Position numbers and translations under genes: made by a program. From Centroscyllium fabricii (Eukaryota), in NCBI GenBank assembly GCA_051313645.2, contig JBNRSN020000001.1, positions 133,238,001-133,302,000 of the forward strand: DNA of 64,000 bases, written 5' to 3'. Positions 47,968 to 60,750 of this stretch are shown one piece after another. The notes under the pieces are model-generated. The model did not search any database and had not been told where the DNA came from. It saw only the letters and a program-made list of their open reading frames with translations. Position 1 is the stretch's first letter. The number at the start of each line of letters is the position of its first letter.

Positions 47968-48975
47968 GGGAGAAAAATTCGTGAGCGCATGATTTGGGGT
48001 GCTAAAATGGGCGCAACGCTAAAATTAGCGTCTGAGCTTCTGAAATTGGGTTTTGCGCCGGCCTTGCAGATTTTAGCGCTAAATCTAGCGTTGCACGGGT
48101 GCAAACGCCCAACTTCGTGGCACTAATTGCCGATAGTGGGCGCTGCAGTGCTTCAGCAACTCCTTGCTTTCTCATGAACTCTGGAGCCGGACAGGTCTTA
48201 AAGGGGATAGGGGAAACAATGCACGATGTGTCGGCACCCCTCCCTCACCATCTCCCCGATCTCGCCCGATGCCCCCTCATCATCTCCCCGATCTTGCCCG
48301 ATCCCCCTCAGCATCTGCCCGATCTCGGGCCGCCCGACCCCCCTCAGCATCTGCCCGATCTCGGGCCGCCTGACCCCCCTCAGCATCTGCCCGATCTCGG
48401 GCTGCCCGATCTCGGGCCGCCTGACCCCCCTCAGCATCTGCCCGATCTCGGGCTGCCCGACCACCCTCAGCATCTGCCCGATCTCGGGCCGCCTGACCCC
48501 CCTCAGCATCTGCCCGATCTCGGGCTGCCCGATCTCGGGCCGCCTGACCACCCTCATCATCTGCCCGATCTCGGGCCGCCCGACCCCCCTCAGCATCTGC
48601 CCGATCTCGGGCTGACCCCCCTCCCTCAGCATCTGGCCGATGAGGCTACCGAGGAAAGGGAGGGTCGCCCTTTGAGCAGCGCTGCAGCGGCCACTCAGAC
48701 CCTCAGCAGTGCTTGCCAAAGCTGGCACTGGCAGAGCTGCGCCAGGGCGACTGGCGCAAAGGCTAATTTCAGGCACAGCCCGGCGGGCGGGCGTTGCACC
48801 CGGATATGTACGATGATTGCCGATCACAAATTAGCACGTGCTAACATTTAGCAGCGGCGCTGGTCGGGTGGCGAATTTAGTGCCCGACGCTAAAATTTTT
48901 GCGCTCGGCGCAAAGCCCTCCTGCGTCCATTTTCTGGCGCTAATCGGCCGGCGCTAAGGCGCCAATTTTTCGCCC
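47968..48975. mobile_element. Harbinger-type MITE carrying a minisatellite
   Basis: GGGAGAAAAATT / AATTTTTCGCCC termini; TAGCGC-rich subterminal motifs as in family 2. Confidence 0.7.
48245..48640. repeat. Minisatellite, 36-bp unit CAGCATCTGCCCGATCTCGGGCCGCCTGACCCCCCT with 15-bp sub-repeat
   Basis: Directly visible; explains the PDLGPPDPPQHL ORF. Confidence 0.93.
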
Positions 48976-49462
48976 ATAAACTGAGAATGGGGAAATAAAC
49001 AGTACATCGAGGGAAAAATCTCAATTAAACATCACTCCCCTTATCTGGTCCCACCCCTACTACCAAGCTAGATTTGACTATGGGAGCTCAGGGACTGATG
49101 CTGAACAGGCCAAAAGTTCTGTCAATGCAGTTTTGACTTTGCACTTTGCTGCTTCTTGTCCCCGAGGGTCTCCCACTGTCATGTGGTCGCTCTCCCTCAG
49201 CAACTGCGCAATACCTGTGGCTGATCCAGCTCTCTGTGTTGTGCTGCTCTCACAGAGTTCTGTCTTGCACTCCGCCCTTTCAAACTTCTCCTAGGGACTT
49301 CGGGCTTCATTTTCAGGTCCTCCTAGCAGCTGGTACTGCTTGTCCGGCTGCCCAGATGTTTTGCAGAGTTCTACTTGCGCTCTGCCTTCTGTTGTTCAGA
49401 ATCTCCTGTCTCTGCCTTACTTTGTCATGGAGAATTCTGATGGCTGCATACCCCTTATCTTA

Positions 49463-50235
49463 AGGCCCTGTCACACCTTGACGTTTTAGCCAGCGTATGC
49501 AAATTTGGCTAAAACGCTGGCGTTCGCTGAACTATCGATGTTTTTTTCAGTTTTGGGCGTATAATAGCGTATTCATAACGAGTTGGACGTATGCATAACG
49601 TATTAGTAACGTACACAGAACATATCGATAACTTACAGATAACTTATACCAACGAATGCTTAGCGTGTTGTCGGCGTTCACAACTTATGCCCAACGATAG
49701 TCTAACTTATGCATAGCGCGCGGCAGCGTATCGCCGACGTTTTAGATAAATTTTGATACGTCGGCATACGCTAGCTAAATCGTCAAGGTGTGACGGGCAT
49801 AAGTTCTGTGGTCGTCCGGAAGACGTCACATACGTCAATATGCGTTGGAGATACGTTACACATAGGTTCAAAGCACGTTACTCATAGGTTAGAAATAAGT
49901 TCCGGGTACGCTGGACATTATCTCGACGTATTTTGACTTATGACTAACTTACAAGTAACGTGTGTCGACGTGTGTCAACGATCGCCTAACGTGCCTATAA
50001 CTTATGGCCAGCGTATGCGGAACGTGTGAGTCATACGCTGGATACGTCGAGAAATTTTGTGCATGCTCAAAATTTCTCGACTTACTCGGAGTACAACGAC
50101 GTATGCAACTTATGGCCAGCGTATGCCAGCGTGCTCTTAACGTATACAAAACTTACCCATAACGTATCCGACGTAAACCAGCGTTTTCGCCAAATTTGCA
50201 TACGCTGGCTAAAACGTCAAGGTGTGACAGGGCCT
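49463..50235. mobile_element. Young PIF/Harbinger MITE with long TIRs
   Basis: About 58-bp TIR AGGCCCTGTCACACCTTGACGTTTTAGCCAGCGTATGCAAATTTGGC with one mismatch, TSD TTA. Confidence 0.92.
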
Positions 50236-50879
50236 TTACCAACAAATCCATCAAAGTTGTGGCCGAATTTTGGCGGGCTTGCAGAGGCGGCTAGGGCCAT
50301 TAATTTCAACGAGTTACCACATGCTGCTCCCCTCCCTTAATGGCCCTGTCATTTAGGGTGCTTTGTTCTATGGGAGACAACTGTCCAGTCCACATGTTTC
50401 ATTGTTGTGAAGTTTTAAAGTTTCAGTGATGGGAAAAGTTCAAGTTACTGGTTTCTACCTTCATGGCCGAGTTAAAGAGGGGTGTTTAGTTATGCATCAC
50501 CTTCATGCGTTAGGATGTTACCAAGAACGATTCATCTCCGGCTCTTTTCTGCTTGCAAATGGATTGTGATCCTGTGTGTGTGTCTGCTTTCAGGTAAGTG
50601 ACATTCCATGCCCTTTGACCTTGACCATGGGCCTCTTGTCTGTTTTCAAGCCTGCAGCGTTTTGCTGGAAGTCCTTCTCTTTACGCATGGTTCCATCATT
50701 TCCTCACTGTGAGGGGTGAGGGAATTTTGAGCATCCTACATAAGCCCTCAATGTGAAAGCCCCATTTGCAAAATGACACACGCCACATCAGCAACAGGTG
50801 CCATCATTATTTTATGCGCAGCTAACAACTGACGGCTTCCTTAAAAGATACAGAACATTTCACCCAAGTGACTACCCTT

Positions 50880-53404
50880 GTGATTAATAGTGCTTTAGTT
50901 TCCTCTTACGTGATCTCCTACATAGTGGTGCTCCTGTGGCTTCAGCAGATGTGGAGGCCCCTTGCTCACTTTCCTGCTGCTTCTGTCTCGACCACTCTCG
51001 GTTGGCGCGCCTGTGAGGGCTCACCAGCAGTCTGCTGCTCCTGCGGCTGTGCAGAGGGTGAGACGCCTATCTCAGTTGGGTGTGGACTCCGGTGGGGCTC
51101 TGACTGAGGGCTCTGCGGTGGCATGGAAGTGTGAGTGCTTGGAGAGGAGCCCCCACTTCCTTGAGGTGTGCCACCAACCTCCCTCATATGGGTCAGGTCC
51201 CCCTCAGTGCCTGCAAGTGGCTGGAGAGCACCTTGCTGCACATCAGGGGGGCCATGGGGACTCGTATATGCAATGACAGTCCTACTCAGAAGGACTTCCA
51301 TGAAGGTCTGGTTTCTGTGTTCAATAGATGCCCATCGCTCCTCAAGAGATGTCATTCTATTCTGAACACTCACCATGTTTTCCATTCCCTGGCGACTTAG
51401 CTCTTGCATGGCCGTACCCATCCTTTTGTCTACTGTCGCCATCCTTTCCACGGAGGTTGTCATCCTTTCCATGGTAATGCGTTCATGCGCCTGTGACTCC
51501 ACAAAGGCTTTGCTGATGTTCGCTATGGACTCCTCCATTCACTCCACACTCGCAGAGTTCAGAAGAATGAGAGGCAATCTTATTGAAACATATAAGATTG
51601 TGAGAGGGCTTGATCGGGTGGATGCGGTGAGGATGTTCCCAATGGTGGGTGAAACTAGGACTAGGGGGCATGATCTTAAAATAAGGGGCTGCCATTTCAA
51701 AACTGAGATGAGGAGAAACTTCTTCACTCAGAGGGTGGTGGGGCTGTGGAATTTGCTGCCCCAGAGAGCTGTGGAAGCTACTACATTGAATAAATTTAAA
51801 AGAGCGATAGACAGTTTCCTGGAAGTAAAGGGAATTAGGGGTTATGATGAGCGGGCAGGTAAGTGGACGTGAGGCTAGATTCAGATCGGCCATGTGATCT
51901 CCTGGACCAGTTTTCGATCGCCTAGATGGGTCGGAGAGGAATTTCCCAGATTTTTTCTCCCAAATTAGCCACTGGGTTTTTTATCTGGTTTTTCGCCTCT
52001 CCCGGGCGATCACATGGGTTTGGGCGGGATGGAGAGTAAAAATAAAATTGAGGTGAGGATAAGATCAGCCATGATCTTGTTGAATGGCGGAGCGGGCTCG
52101 AAAGGCCGATTGGCCTACTCCTGCTCCTATTTCTTATGTTCTTATGTTCTTATCTGTTCCTGGAGTTCCATCACCTCTGATTTTTTGGATGGACCCAGAG
52201 GCAGAGGGTCGACATGCAGTTGAGCTGAGCTAGCAGAGTCCTGCACCCTCCGACTAGGGCTCTCCACTGATATCTCTGTCTCCACAATGTGCTGCGGCTC
52301 ACTTGTGAGCTGTGGTACACCAGGTGACAACACTACTATGTCCTGAAGGTCCCACCGAGGTGCGAGTGTCTGTGCTAGTGCTGAGTGCGCTGAATTCTTC
52401 TGACGCTGCGCCCTCAGAGGCTGGAGCTTCCTCTGAGGAGTCTGTCTGCTCAGCCTCTTCCTCCTCCACGGTGGGGACGGGGGCTCTCGATAGTCCTGTG
52501 GGGGAGTAAAGGAAAGAGTTAGAGATGTGATGGCAAGGTTGCATGTACATAACATTTTGTTGATGATCATAAGTCCATATGATGTAGCCTCAGAATCATT
52601 ATCTGTGAGTCATGCGATGTCAATGAGAGAGATGTAAAACGACTCTGCCACCAGCTTGCGAGGATGCCCGTCTCTCCTTCCCCAACTTCCGCCACCTCTG
52701 CATCCCCGACTATCTGGAGGACTAATTCCTCCCAGTTGGTGAGGTGCGCGATGGAGGGTGGACCTGCTCCTGTCCTTGCTTTCTCCCATTTATTGTTAGC
52801 TCTCTTTTCCTGCAATAAGGGAGACATGTGGAGGTTGAGTGAGAATGAAGGAGTGAGTGCAGCGAGTGAATAGCATAGATAGTTGGAGGGAGACAAAGAT
52901 GGAGTGAGGTTGCAAGACCAAGGGCCCTCCCTGTGCGCTGTCAGTTGTGGATCAAGCATCAGAGTGATAGGGAGTGTGAGGGCAGCATAGTGGAATAGTT
53001 ATGTGAATGTGAGCATAGAGAGAGAGGGAATGGGTAAGGGTGCTTGGATGTGAGTGTGAAGTGGGATGTGGAGGAAGAGATTAGTGAAGCTAAGTGCTGG
53101 TGAGGAATGGCGATGGGGATCAGATTGAGGGTGATGGAAAATTCATACTTACTTTTGCAGGTCGATGTAGGTCATGGAATCTCTTCCTGCACCGTATCCA
53201 AGAGCGTACTGTGAGGCCCATGGAGTTCACCTCCTCAGCCACCTCCAGCCAAGCAGCCTTGGTCTGAGAGGGAGGTCTCTTCCTCCCTGAGGAAGGGAAG
53301 AGAACCTCCATGTGGGCCCTAGCCCCCTCTAGCAATGCCTGTAATGATGCCTCGTCAAATTTTGGTGAGGGTCTGGCCGCAGCTGCTGCAGGCTCATGTG
53401 CCAT
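50880..53404 (-). pseudogene. Three-exon Harbinger Myb/SANT partner gene (53404-53153, 52809-52652, 52495-about 50880)
   Basis: PKFDEASLQALLE...AAWLEVAEEVNS...RSWIRCRKRFHDL Myb/SANT-like domain; GT-AG boundaries; exon 3 broken by a CR1 fragment. Confidence 0.85.
51555..52151 (+). mobile_element. CR1 LINE 3' fragment
   Basis: EFRRMRGNLIETYKI...; (TTCTTATG)n tail; same family as 58065-60600. Confidence 0.9.
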
Positions 53405-53659
53405 CCTCTGGGACGTGATGAGAAGCCTGCAAAGTAAGGGAGGCTTGCTGTCTGCCTTAAAAGCACCAACCACGATGACATCATATTGTGCGACTTTCTG
53501 ACTGGAAATAGTCGATTGGCAAGGGCTCCCGCACGCGGGGAATTAATTGGCCAATTGAGCCAAAATTGCGAGGGGGTCCCAGGCCCTTGAACATTCGGGT
53601 CAGAAATCTGACCCGCCCGAAAGCCGCCAATTCCCCGCACCTGTGGGAAAATTTACCCC

Positions 53660-54050
53660 ATGAATCGAAATTTGGGTAAAGCTAACTTTAACGGGTTGAG
53701 ACAGAGACTGAAGACAGGAACTGTTATCGGGTAAAACTACAGATGAACAGTGGGAGGTGTTCAAAAAAGAATTTAGCTTACTAGAGGAAGGCACAAGAGC
53801 TCTACTTACCATATAAAACCGCAATGGTCAACAAAAGATGTGAGAGATAGCATAACACTAAAGGAAAGAATGTACAAAAGTGCAAAGAATAGTTAGATCC
53901 TGGGCACTGGGAGAGCTATAAAGAACAGCCAATGAAGACAAAGATAGTAAGAGCTGCAAAAAGGAATATGAAAAGAAACTTGCAAGGGATATCAAGATTA
54001 ACACACACTTTTTTATTAGAAGAAAAAAGATAGTCAAGAGAATCGTCGGC
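53660..54050 (+). mobile_element. Old CR1 ORF2 fragment
   Basis: Decayed homology to 58290-58690. Confidence 0.55.
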
Positions 54051-55150
54051 CGTCTCAATTTGTCTGCTCCCCTCACTGACTCTAACCAACTGCCTCTGAA
54101 CTTGTAGCACTCAATTCTCTCAGATCTAACCATAACCTTGTCATTAAACCTTCTGATAAGGGTGGTGCTGTTGTTGTTTGGCGAACTCACCTCTACCTTG
54201 TGGAAGCTTAACGCCAACTCGCTGACACCTCCTCCTACCTCCCCCGGAGCATGACCCAACCACCCATCCTCAAGCCATCATTTCCAAGACTGTCACTGAC
54301 CTTATCACCTCTGGGATCTTTCCTCCATGGCCTCTAACCTCATAGTCCCCCAACCCTGCACAGCCCGCTTCTACCTCCTTCCCAAGATCCACAAGCAAGA
54401 CTCCTCTGGTGGACCCATCATTTCAGCCTGCTCTAGCTTCAGGGAACTGGGTTCTTCCAATCTCGACTCTCTTTTTCTCCCTTTGTCCAGTCTCTTTCTA
54501 CCTACAACCGCGACTCTCCCGATGCCCTGCGTCACTTTCACAGTTCTCACTTTCCTGGCCCCAACTGTCTCCTTCTCACCATGGACATCCAATTCCTCTA
54601 CACCTCCATCCCCCGCCAGGATGGCCTGAGGGCTCTCTGCTTCTCCCTTGAATGGAGGCCCAAACATTCCCCATCCACCACCACCCTCCTCCACCTGGCA
54701 GAACTTGATCTCACATTGAACAACTTCTCCTTTGACTCCACTCACTTTCTCCAAATAAAAGGTGTTGCTATGGGAACCCTGTGGTAACCCTTGTATATAG
54801 TTGTTTACCACTGTATTATTGTGCCAATAATGGGCTGTGCAGATGTAAGGCACAGCCCTGTATACTGTGTAATACTGTTGGGAGCCAGGTCAGCCACACC
54901 TCTAACTCCTCCCCCAGGTGAGGCCCTTTATAGGTGGAAACTGACCGAGGCTCCTCATTCCTGTACAGAAGTTCGTTCCGGAGGGTAGCTCCGTTCTTAG
55001 CGATTAAAAGCCTTTAGTTTCGGTAACTACTCGTCGACTCTTTTAATCTGAGGTATTGACGATACGTCAAACCCGTATGGGTCCTAGCTATGCTGCCTGA
55101 CCTGCTGAGTATTTCCAGCATTTTTTGTTTTATTTCAGATTTCCAGGATC
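54050..55150 (+). mobile_element. Penelope-like (Poseidon-type) RT fragment
   Basis: IKPSDKGGAVVVW, ARFYLLPKIHK, MDIQFLYTSIP, QIKGVAMGT motifs. Confidence 0.85.
54780..55069 (+). mobile_element. Solo LTR inserted in Penelope-like RT
   Basis: TG...CA, TSD AACCC; removal restores GVAMGT-RMGPSY. Confidence 0.85.
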
Positions 55151-56029
55151 CACAGTATTTTGCTTTCGTATGGGTAAATCTATTTCTTAGTAAATTGGGT
55201 GGTGGACTATGTCTCTAAGTTGTTTACTGACAGGAGGAGATTCACCATGGAAACTGAGCTTGCCTCCACTTGAGCAGTGTTCTCATGACTAACAGTACAT
55301 AAAGGATACCTCTCAAAGCTAATTGTGCCAGAAAAATTTGCAAGCTTTCATTAAGCATTATTGTTTGTCTTGATGGCTCAAGATGGCTGGTGCTGTTTTA
55401 CTCAAGCTGGCTAAAAGATACAGGATGCCACTGCTGCACTACCGGTAAGAAAACCACTACCAGTACTGCACTAGCAGTAAGCAAAGGTGAAATGAAGAAA
55501 GACTAGAGCTCTTTGTTCAATCTCCACATACAGAGCATCTACCCAGCTTATGCCTCTTTCATTTTAAAATATGCTTAATTACCATGTATATTTACCATGT
55601 ATATCCATGTCTTACTGTAATTTTGTGGTTTTTCTTCCGCGTCTTCTAATGGAGCTAAGCATAAAGTTCACCAAAGGCTTTATATATAGCAGAGTGACAG
55701 TAGTTCATTTGGTTCCTCGTGCAGGTGCATAGGTGTTCCCTAGGTTATTTCCCTTCCTCCGCTAAGAAATAACACTAACTTAATTTAGTATCTTCCTCCT
55801 GTGGCATTATACAGGGGAAGTCAAGACCAAGTGCAGTTTTCAGGTTAAGCAGGATTAGAGGGTGAGAGGTGAGGTGATGATTGAACCCAAGAGAGAGTGG
55901 GGAAGGGGGTGCAGATAGGTAGGAGAGGAGGACGATATGGACAGGAGATGAGGACGAAGGGGATGAGGATGGTGGGAGCAAAGACAGGATTGTGAAGGCA
56001 ACGATAAAAAAGAGCCCGATACAGAATAT

Positions 56030-57968
56030 TCTGAAATAACAACAAAAAATGCTGGAAATACTCAGCAGGTCAGGCAGCATCGTGGAGAGAGAAACCGAGT
56101 TAATGCTTCAGGTTGATGACCCTTCGTCAGAACTGGAAAAGGTTAGAGAAGTAACAGACTTTTAAGCAAGTGCAGGGCAGGGAAAGGAAAGAACAAAGGA
56201 AAAACCTATGATAGGCTGGAAGGCAGGAGAGATTAAAAGACAAAAGGGATGATGGTGCAAGGCAAAAGGAGATGGTAATAGGACAAGTTAAGAAACAGAA
56301 GATGACTCTAGATAAGGTGTAAATGGCAATGACACAATCATCAACAGCTGCCATGTGAGAAGAAAAAAAAGAAAAAGAAAAAAAATGAAGAGATATAGGA
56401 GCCAAGGTTATGATCTGAAATTGTTGAACTCGACGTTGAGTCCAGAAGGCTGTAAAGTGCCTAATCGAAAGATGAGGTGCTGTTCCTTGAGCTTACGTTG
56501 AGCTTCATTGAAATAGTGTAAGAGGCTGAGGACAGAGCGATCAGAGTGGGAGTGGAGCAGAGAATTAAAGTGACAGGCAACCGGAAGCTCTGGGTCACGC
56601 TTACAGAGTGAATGGAGGTCTTCCATAAAGCGGTCACCCAATCTGCATTTGGTCTCCCCCATGTTGAGACTGCATCATGAACAGTGAGTACAGTATACTA
56701 AATTGCAAGAAGCACAAGCAAACCGCTGTTTCACCTGGAAGGAGTGTTTGGGGCCCTGGACAGTGGGAAGGGAGGAGGTAAAAGGGCAGGTGATGCATCT
56801 CCTGCGCTTGCATGGGAAGATGCCATGGTAAGGGGAAGGGGTGTTGGATGTCATAGAGGAGTGAACCAGGGTGTCGCGGAGGGAGAGGTCCCTTCAGAAT
56901 GCTGAAGTGGGATGGGGGGGTGGAAGGGGAAGGTGTGTTTGGTGGTGGGATTGCGATGGCGGAAGATGATCCGTTGAATGTGGAGGCTGGTGGGGTGAAA
57001 GGTGAGGATAAAGGGAACCTGATCGGGATTCTGGGAGGGAGGGGAAGGGTTGAGAGCAGAAGTGTGGGAAATGGAACGGATATGGTCGACGGCCATGTCA
57101 ACCACAGTAGAAGAAACATGAAGACATATTGGAAGCACTGGTATGGAAGGTGGCACCATCAGAACAGACGTAGCGGAGACAGAGAAACTGGGAGAATGGA
57201 ATAGAGTCCTTACAGGAAGCGGGATGGGAGGAAGTGTAGTCCAGGTAACTATGGGAGTCTGGGGTTATAGTGGATGTTTGTCGATAGCCTATCCCCAGAA
57301 ATGGAAACAGAGAAGTCAAGGAAGGGAAGGGAATAGTCGGGGATGAATCCTGTGAAGGTGAGGGAAAGGTGGAAATTGGAGGCAAAGTGCATGGCATTTT
57401 CTAGTTCAGGGCGAGAGCAGGAAACGGCACCATACAGTCATCAAAGTACTGGAAAAGAGGTGAGGGAGGGGATCCGAGTAGGACTGGAACAAAAAATGTT
57501 CCACATATCCCACGAAAAGGCAGGCATAGCTAGGGCCCATGTGGGTTCCCATAGCAACGCCTTTAATTTGGAGGAAGAGAGTGGAGTCAAAGAAGCAGTT
57601 GTTCAATGTGAGAACAAGTTCAGCCAGGTGGAGGAGGGTGGTGGTGGATGGAAATTGTTTGAGCCTCTGTTGAAGGAAGAAGCGGAGCGCCCTCAGGCTG
57701 TCCTGGTGGGGGATGGAGATGTCAAAGCACTGGATGACTATAGTGAAAAGGAGACGGTTGGAGTCAGGTAATTGGAAACTGTTAAAGTGGCGGAGGACGA
57801 CGGAAGAGTCTCGAATGTAGGTGGGAAGAGACTGGACAAGGGGAGAAAAAATACAATCGAGGTAGGAAGAAATCAGTTCCATGGGGCAAGAACAGGCTGA
57901 AACGATGGGTCTACCAGGGCAGCCTTGTTTGTGGATCTTGGGAAGGAGGTAGAAGCGGGGTTGGGTGG
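56030..57968 (-). mobile_element. Penelope-like element, RT plus GIY-YIG endonuclease and 3' end (continues at 60751-61250)
   Basis: QIKGVAMGTHMGPSYA, GETKCRLGDRF, PVACHFNS, EQHLIFRLGTLQPSGLN; degenerate hammerhead at about 56099-56133. Confidence 0.9.
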
Positions 57969-60750
57969 TGATGTGCCATTAATAACTCCCAAAAGACTAA
58001 GAGTTAAACTTATAACAAGTAGGCTTTTATTAACAAAAGAATACGAGCGGAGGGCAGGGCTGCCTTGAGGAGGAGTTCATTGAGTGTATTAGGGACGAGT
58101 TTCTTGAGGGGGCAAGCAATCTTAGATCTGGTCCTGTGTAACGAGACAGGATTAATTAAAAATGTCCTAGTAAAGGATCCCCTTGGAATGATTGACCATA
58201 ACATGGTTGAATTCCATATTCAATTAGAGGGTGAGAAGGTTAGATCTCAAACAAGCGTGCTAAGCTTGAATAAAGGAGACTATGAAGGTATGAGAGAGGA
58301 ATTGATTAGAGTGGATTGGGAAAACAGATTAAAGGGTAAGACGATACACGATCAATGGTGTACATTTAAGGAGTTACTTTACAACTTCCAAAAAATATAT
58401 ATTCCACTGAGAAGAAAAGGGTGTAAAAGAAAAGACAGCCATCCGTGGCTAAGCAAAGAAATTAAGGATAGCATGCGACAAAAAACAAGGGCATATAAGG
58501 TAGCCAAATCTAGTGGGAGGATAGAGGATTGGGAAAACTTTAAAAGACAGCAAAAAACAACAAAAAGATTGTTTAAGAAAGGGAAGATAGATTCTGAAAG
58601 TAAATTAGCAAAAAATCTAAAAACAGATAGTAAGAGTTTCTACAGTTATATAAAAAGAAAAAGGGTAACTAAAGTAAATGTTGGTCCCTTAGATGATGAG
58701 ACTGGGAAATTAATGGTGGGAAATATGGAGATGGCAAAAACATTGAATGAATATTTTGTATCAGTTTTTACAGTAGCGGACACTAAAAATATCCCAACAC
58801 TGGACAAACGGAACTATACGGGGGGGAGGAGCTAAACACGATCAAAATCACTAAGGAAGTGGTACTCGGTAAAATAATGGGGCTCAAGGCGGATAAATCA
58901 CCTGGACCAGATGGCTTACATCCTAGGGACTTGAGGGAAGTGGCGGTAGGGATTGTGGATGCATTGGTAATAATTTTCCAAAACTCCCTGGACTCAGCAA
59001 AGGTCCCAGCAGACTGGAAAACTGCTAATGTAACACCCTTATTTAAAAAGGGCAGTAGACAGAAGGCTGGAAACTATAGACCGATTAACCTAACATCTGT
59101 CGTGGGTAAAATTTTGGAGTCCATTATTAAGGAGACAGTAACAGGACATTTGGATAAACATAATTTAATAGGACAAAGTCAGCATGGTTTTATGACGGGG
59201 AAGTCTTGTTTGACAAATTTGTTGGAGTTCTTTGAGGAAGTAACGTATAGGGTGGATAAAGGGGAACCAGTGGACGTAGTGTATTTAGACTTTCAAAAGG
59301 CATTTGACAAGGTGCCACACAAAAGATTATTGCTTAAAATAAAAAATCACAGAATTGGGGGTAATATTCTGGTATGGATAGAGGATTGGCTATCTAACAG
59401 AAGGCAGAGAGTTGGGATAAATGGTTCATTCTCAGACTGGCAATCGGTAACTAGTGGTGTTCCGCAGGGGTCAGTGCTGGGACCCCAACTCTTTACAATC
59501 TATATTAACGATTTGGAGGAGGGGACCGAGTGTAACATATCAAAGTTTGCAGATGATACTAAGATGGGAGGGAAAGTAGTGAGGGAGGAGGACATAAAAA
59601 ACCTGCAAGGGAACATAGACAGGCTAAGTAAGTGGGCAGAGGTTTGGCAGATGGAATACAATACTGGAAAGTGTGAGGTTATGCACTTTGGCAGGAAAAA
59701 CCGTAGAGCAAGTTATTATCTTAATGGCAAGAAACTGGAAAGTACTGTAGTATAAAGGGATCTAGGGGTCCTGGTGCACGAAACTCAAAAGGTTAGTATG
59801 CAGGTGCAGCAAGTGATTAAGAAGGCCAATGGAATGTTGGCTTTCATTGCTGGGGGGTTAGAATATAAAAATAGGAAGGTATTGCTTCAGTTGTACAAGG
59901 TATTGGTGAGACCACACCTGGAATACTGCGTACAGTTTTGGTGTCCATACTTAAGAAAGGACATACTCGCTCTCGAGTCAGTACAAAGAAGGTTCACTCG
60001 GTTAATCCCAGGGATGAGGGGTTGGACATATGAGGAGAGGTTGAGTAGATTGGGACTCTACTCATTGGAGTTCAGAAGAATGAGGGGCAATCTTATTGAA
60101 ACATATAAGATTGTGAAGGGGTTGGATCGGGTGGACGCGGGGAGGATGTTCCCAATGATGGGTGAAACTAGAAGTAGGGAGCATAATCTTAGAATAAGGG
60201 GCTGCTCTTTCAAAACTGAGATGAGGAGAAACTACTTCAGTAGGTCCATGGAACATGCTGCCCAAAAAAGCTGTAGAAGTTACATCATTACATAAATTTA
60301 AAACAGGAATAGACAGCTTCCCAGAAGTAAAAGGGATTAAGGGTTACGGGGAGCGGGCAGGAATTTGGATATGTGTCTAGGTTCAGATCGGTCATGGCCC
60401 TGTGGGTAGTGGAGGGGGCCCAGGGATCGTGTAGCCTGATCCTGCTCCTATTTCGTGTGTCTAATTCTGTTACATTAAGAGATGGTTCTGTGATAGTAGA
60501 TCGGTGGTTAGGATCAGATCAGCCATGATCTTATTGAATGGCGGAGCAGGCTTGAGGGGCCGATTGGCCTACTCCTGCTCCTATTTCTTATGTTCTTATG
60601 AGCATGCCTCTGCTGGTAGACCGATCCTTAAAGCCAGTGGGACTGGAGGTCAATCACCTTTATACCTGGGCTTCGGGGTGGAGCCAGGGGCGGATCCAGC
60701 TGAGGCATGCCCAGACATGTTCTGTATAGGCAGATTAGTGGTTTACCACA
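57969..60750 (-). mobile_element. Solo LTR split by a CR1 insertion (pieces 57969-58065 and 60601-60750)
   Basis: TG...CA ends, TSD GGTGG (57964-57968, 60751-60755), TATAAA and AATAAAAGCC on -. Confidence 0.78.
58065..60600 (+). mobile_element. CR1 LINE ORF2, 5'-truncated, lightly decayed
   Basis: ILDLVL, DHNMV, KSPGPDG, DFQKAFD, VPQGSVLGP, FADDTK in three ORF segments; (TTCTTATG)n tail. Confidence 0.93.

Larger units (their letters stand above)
46180..53659. mobile_element. PIF/Harbinger transposon (family 1), left end lost, with nested insertions; inverted relative to 1-2789
   Basis: Transposase + 46180-47215 (IDCTH, GDKGY, MEHTIG), partner -, right terminus GGGAAAATTTACCCC. Confidence 0.82.

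Noticed and set aside
48099-48851. 250-aa proline-rich repeat protein
   Set aside because: Translation of a minisatellite inside a MITE; open on both strands, no gene signals.
48980-50720. Possible additional decayed transposon around the young MITE
   Set aside because: Sequence interrupts the Harbinger 3' UTR, but no termini or protein motifs could be identified with confidence.
56099-56133. Active hammerhead ribozyme on - strand
   Set aside because: CTGACGA is present but the GAAA box reads GAAG; likely inactive remnant.
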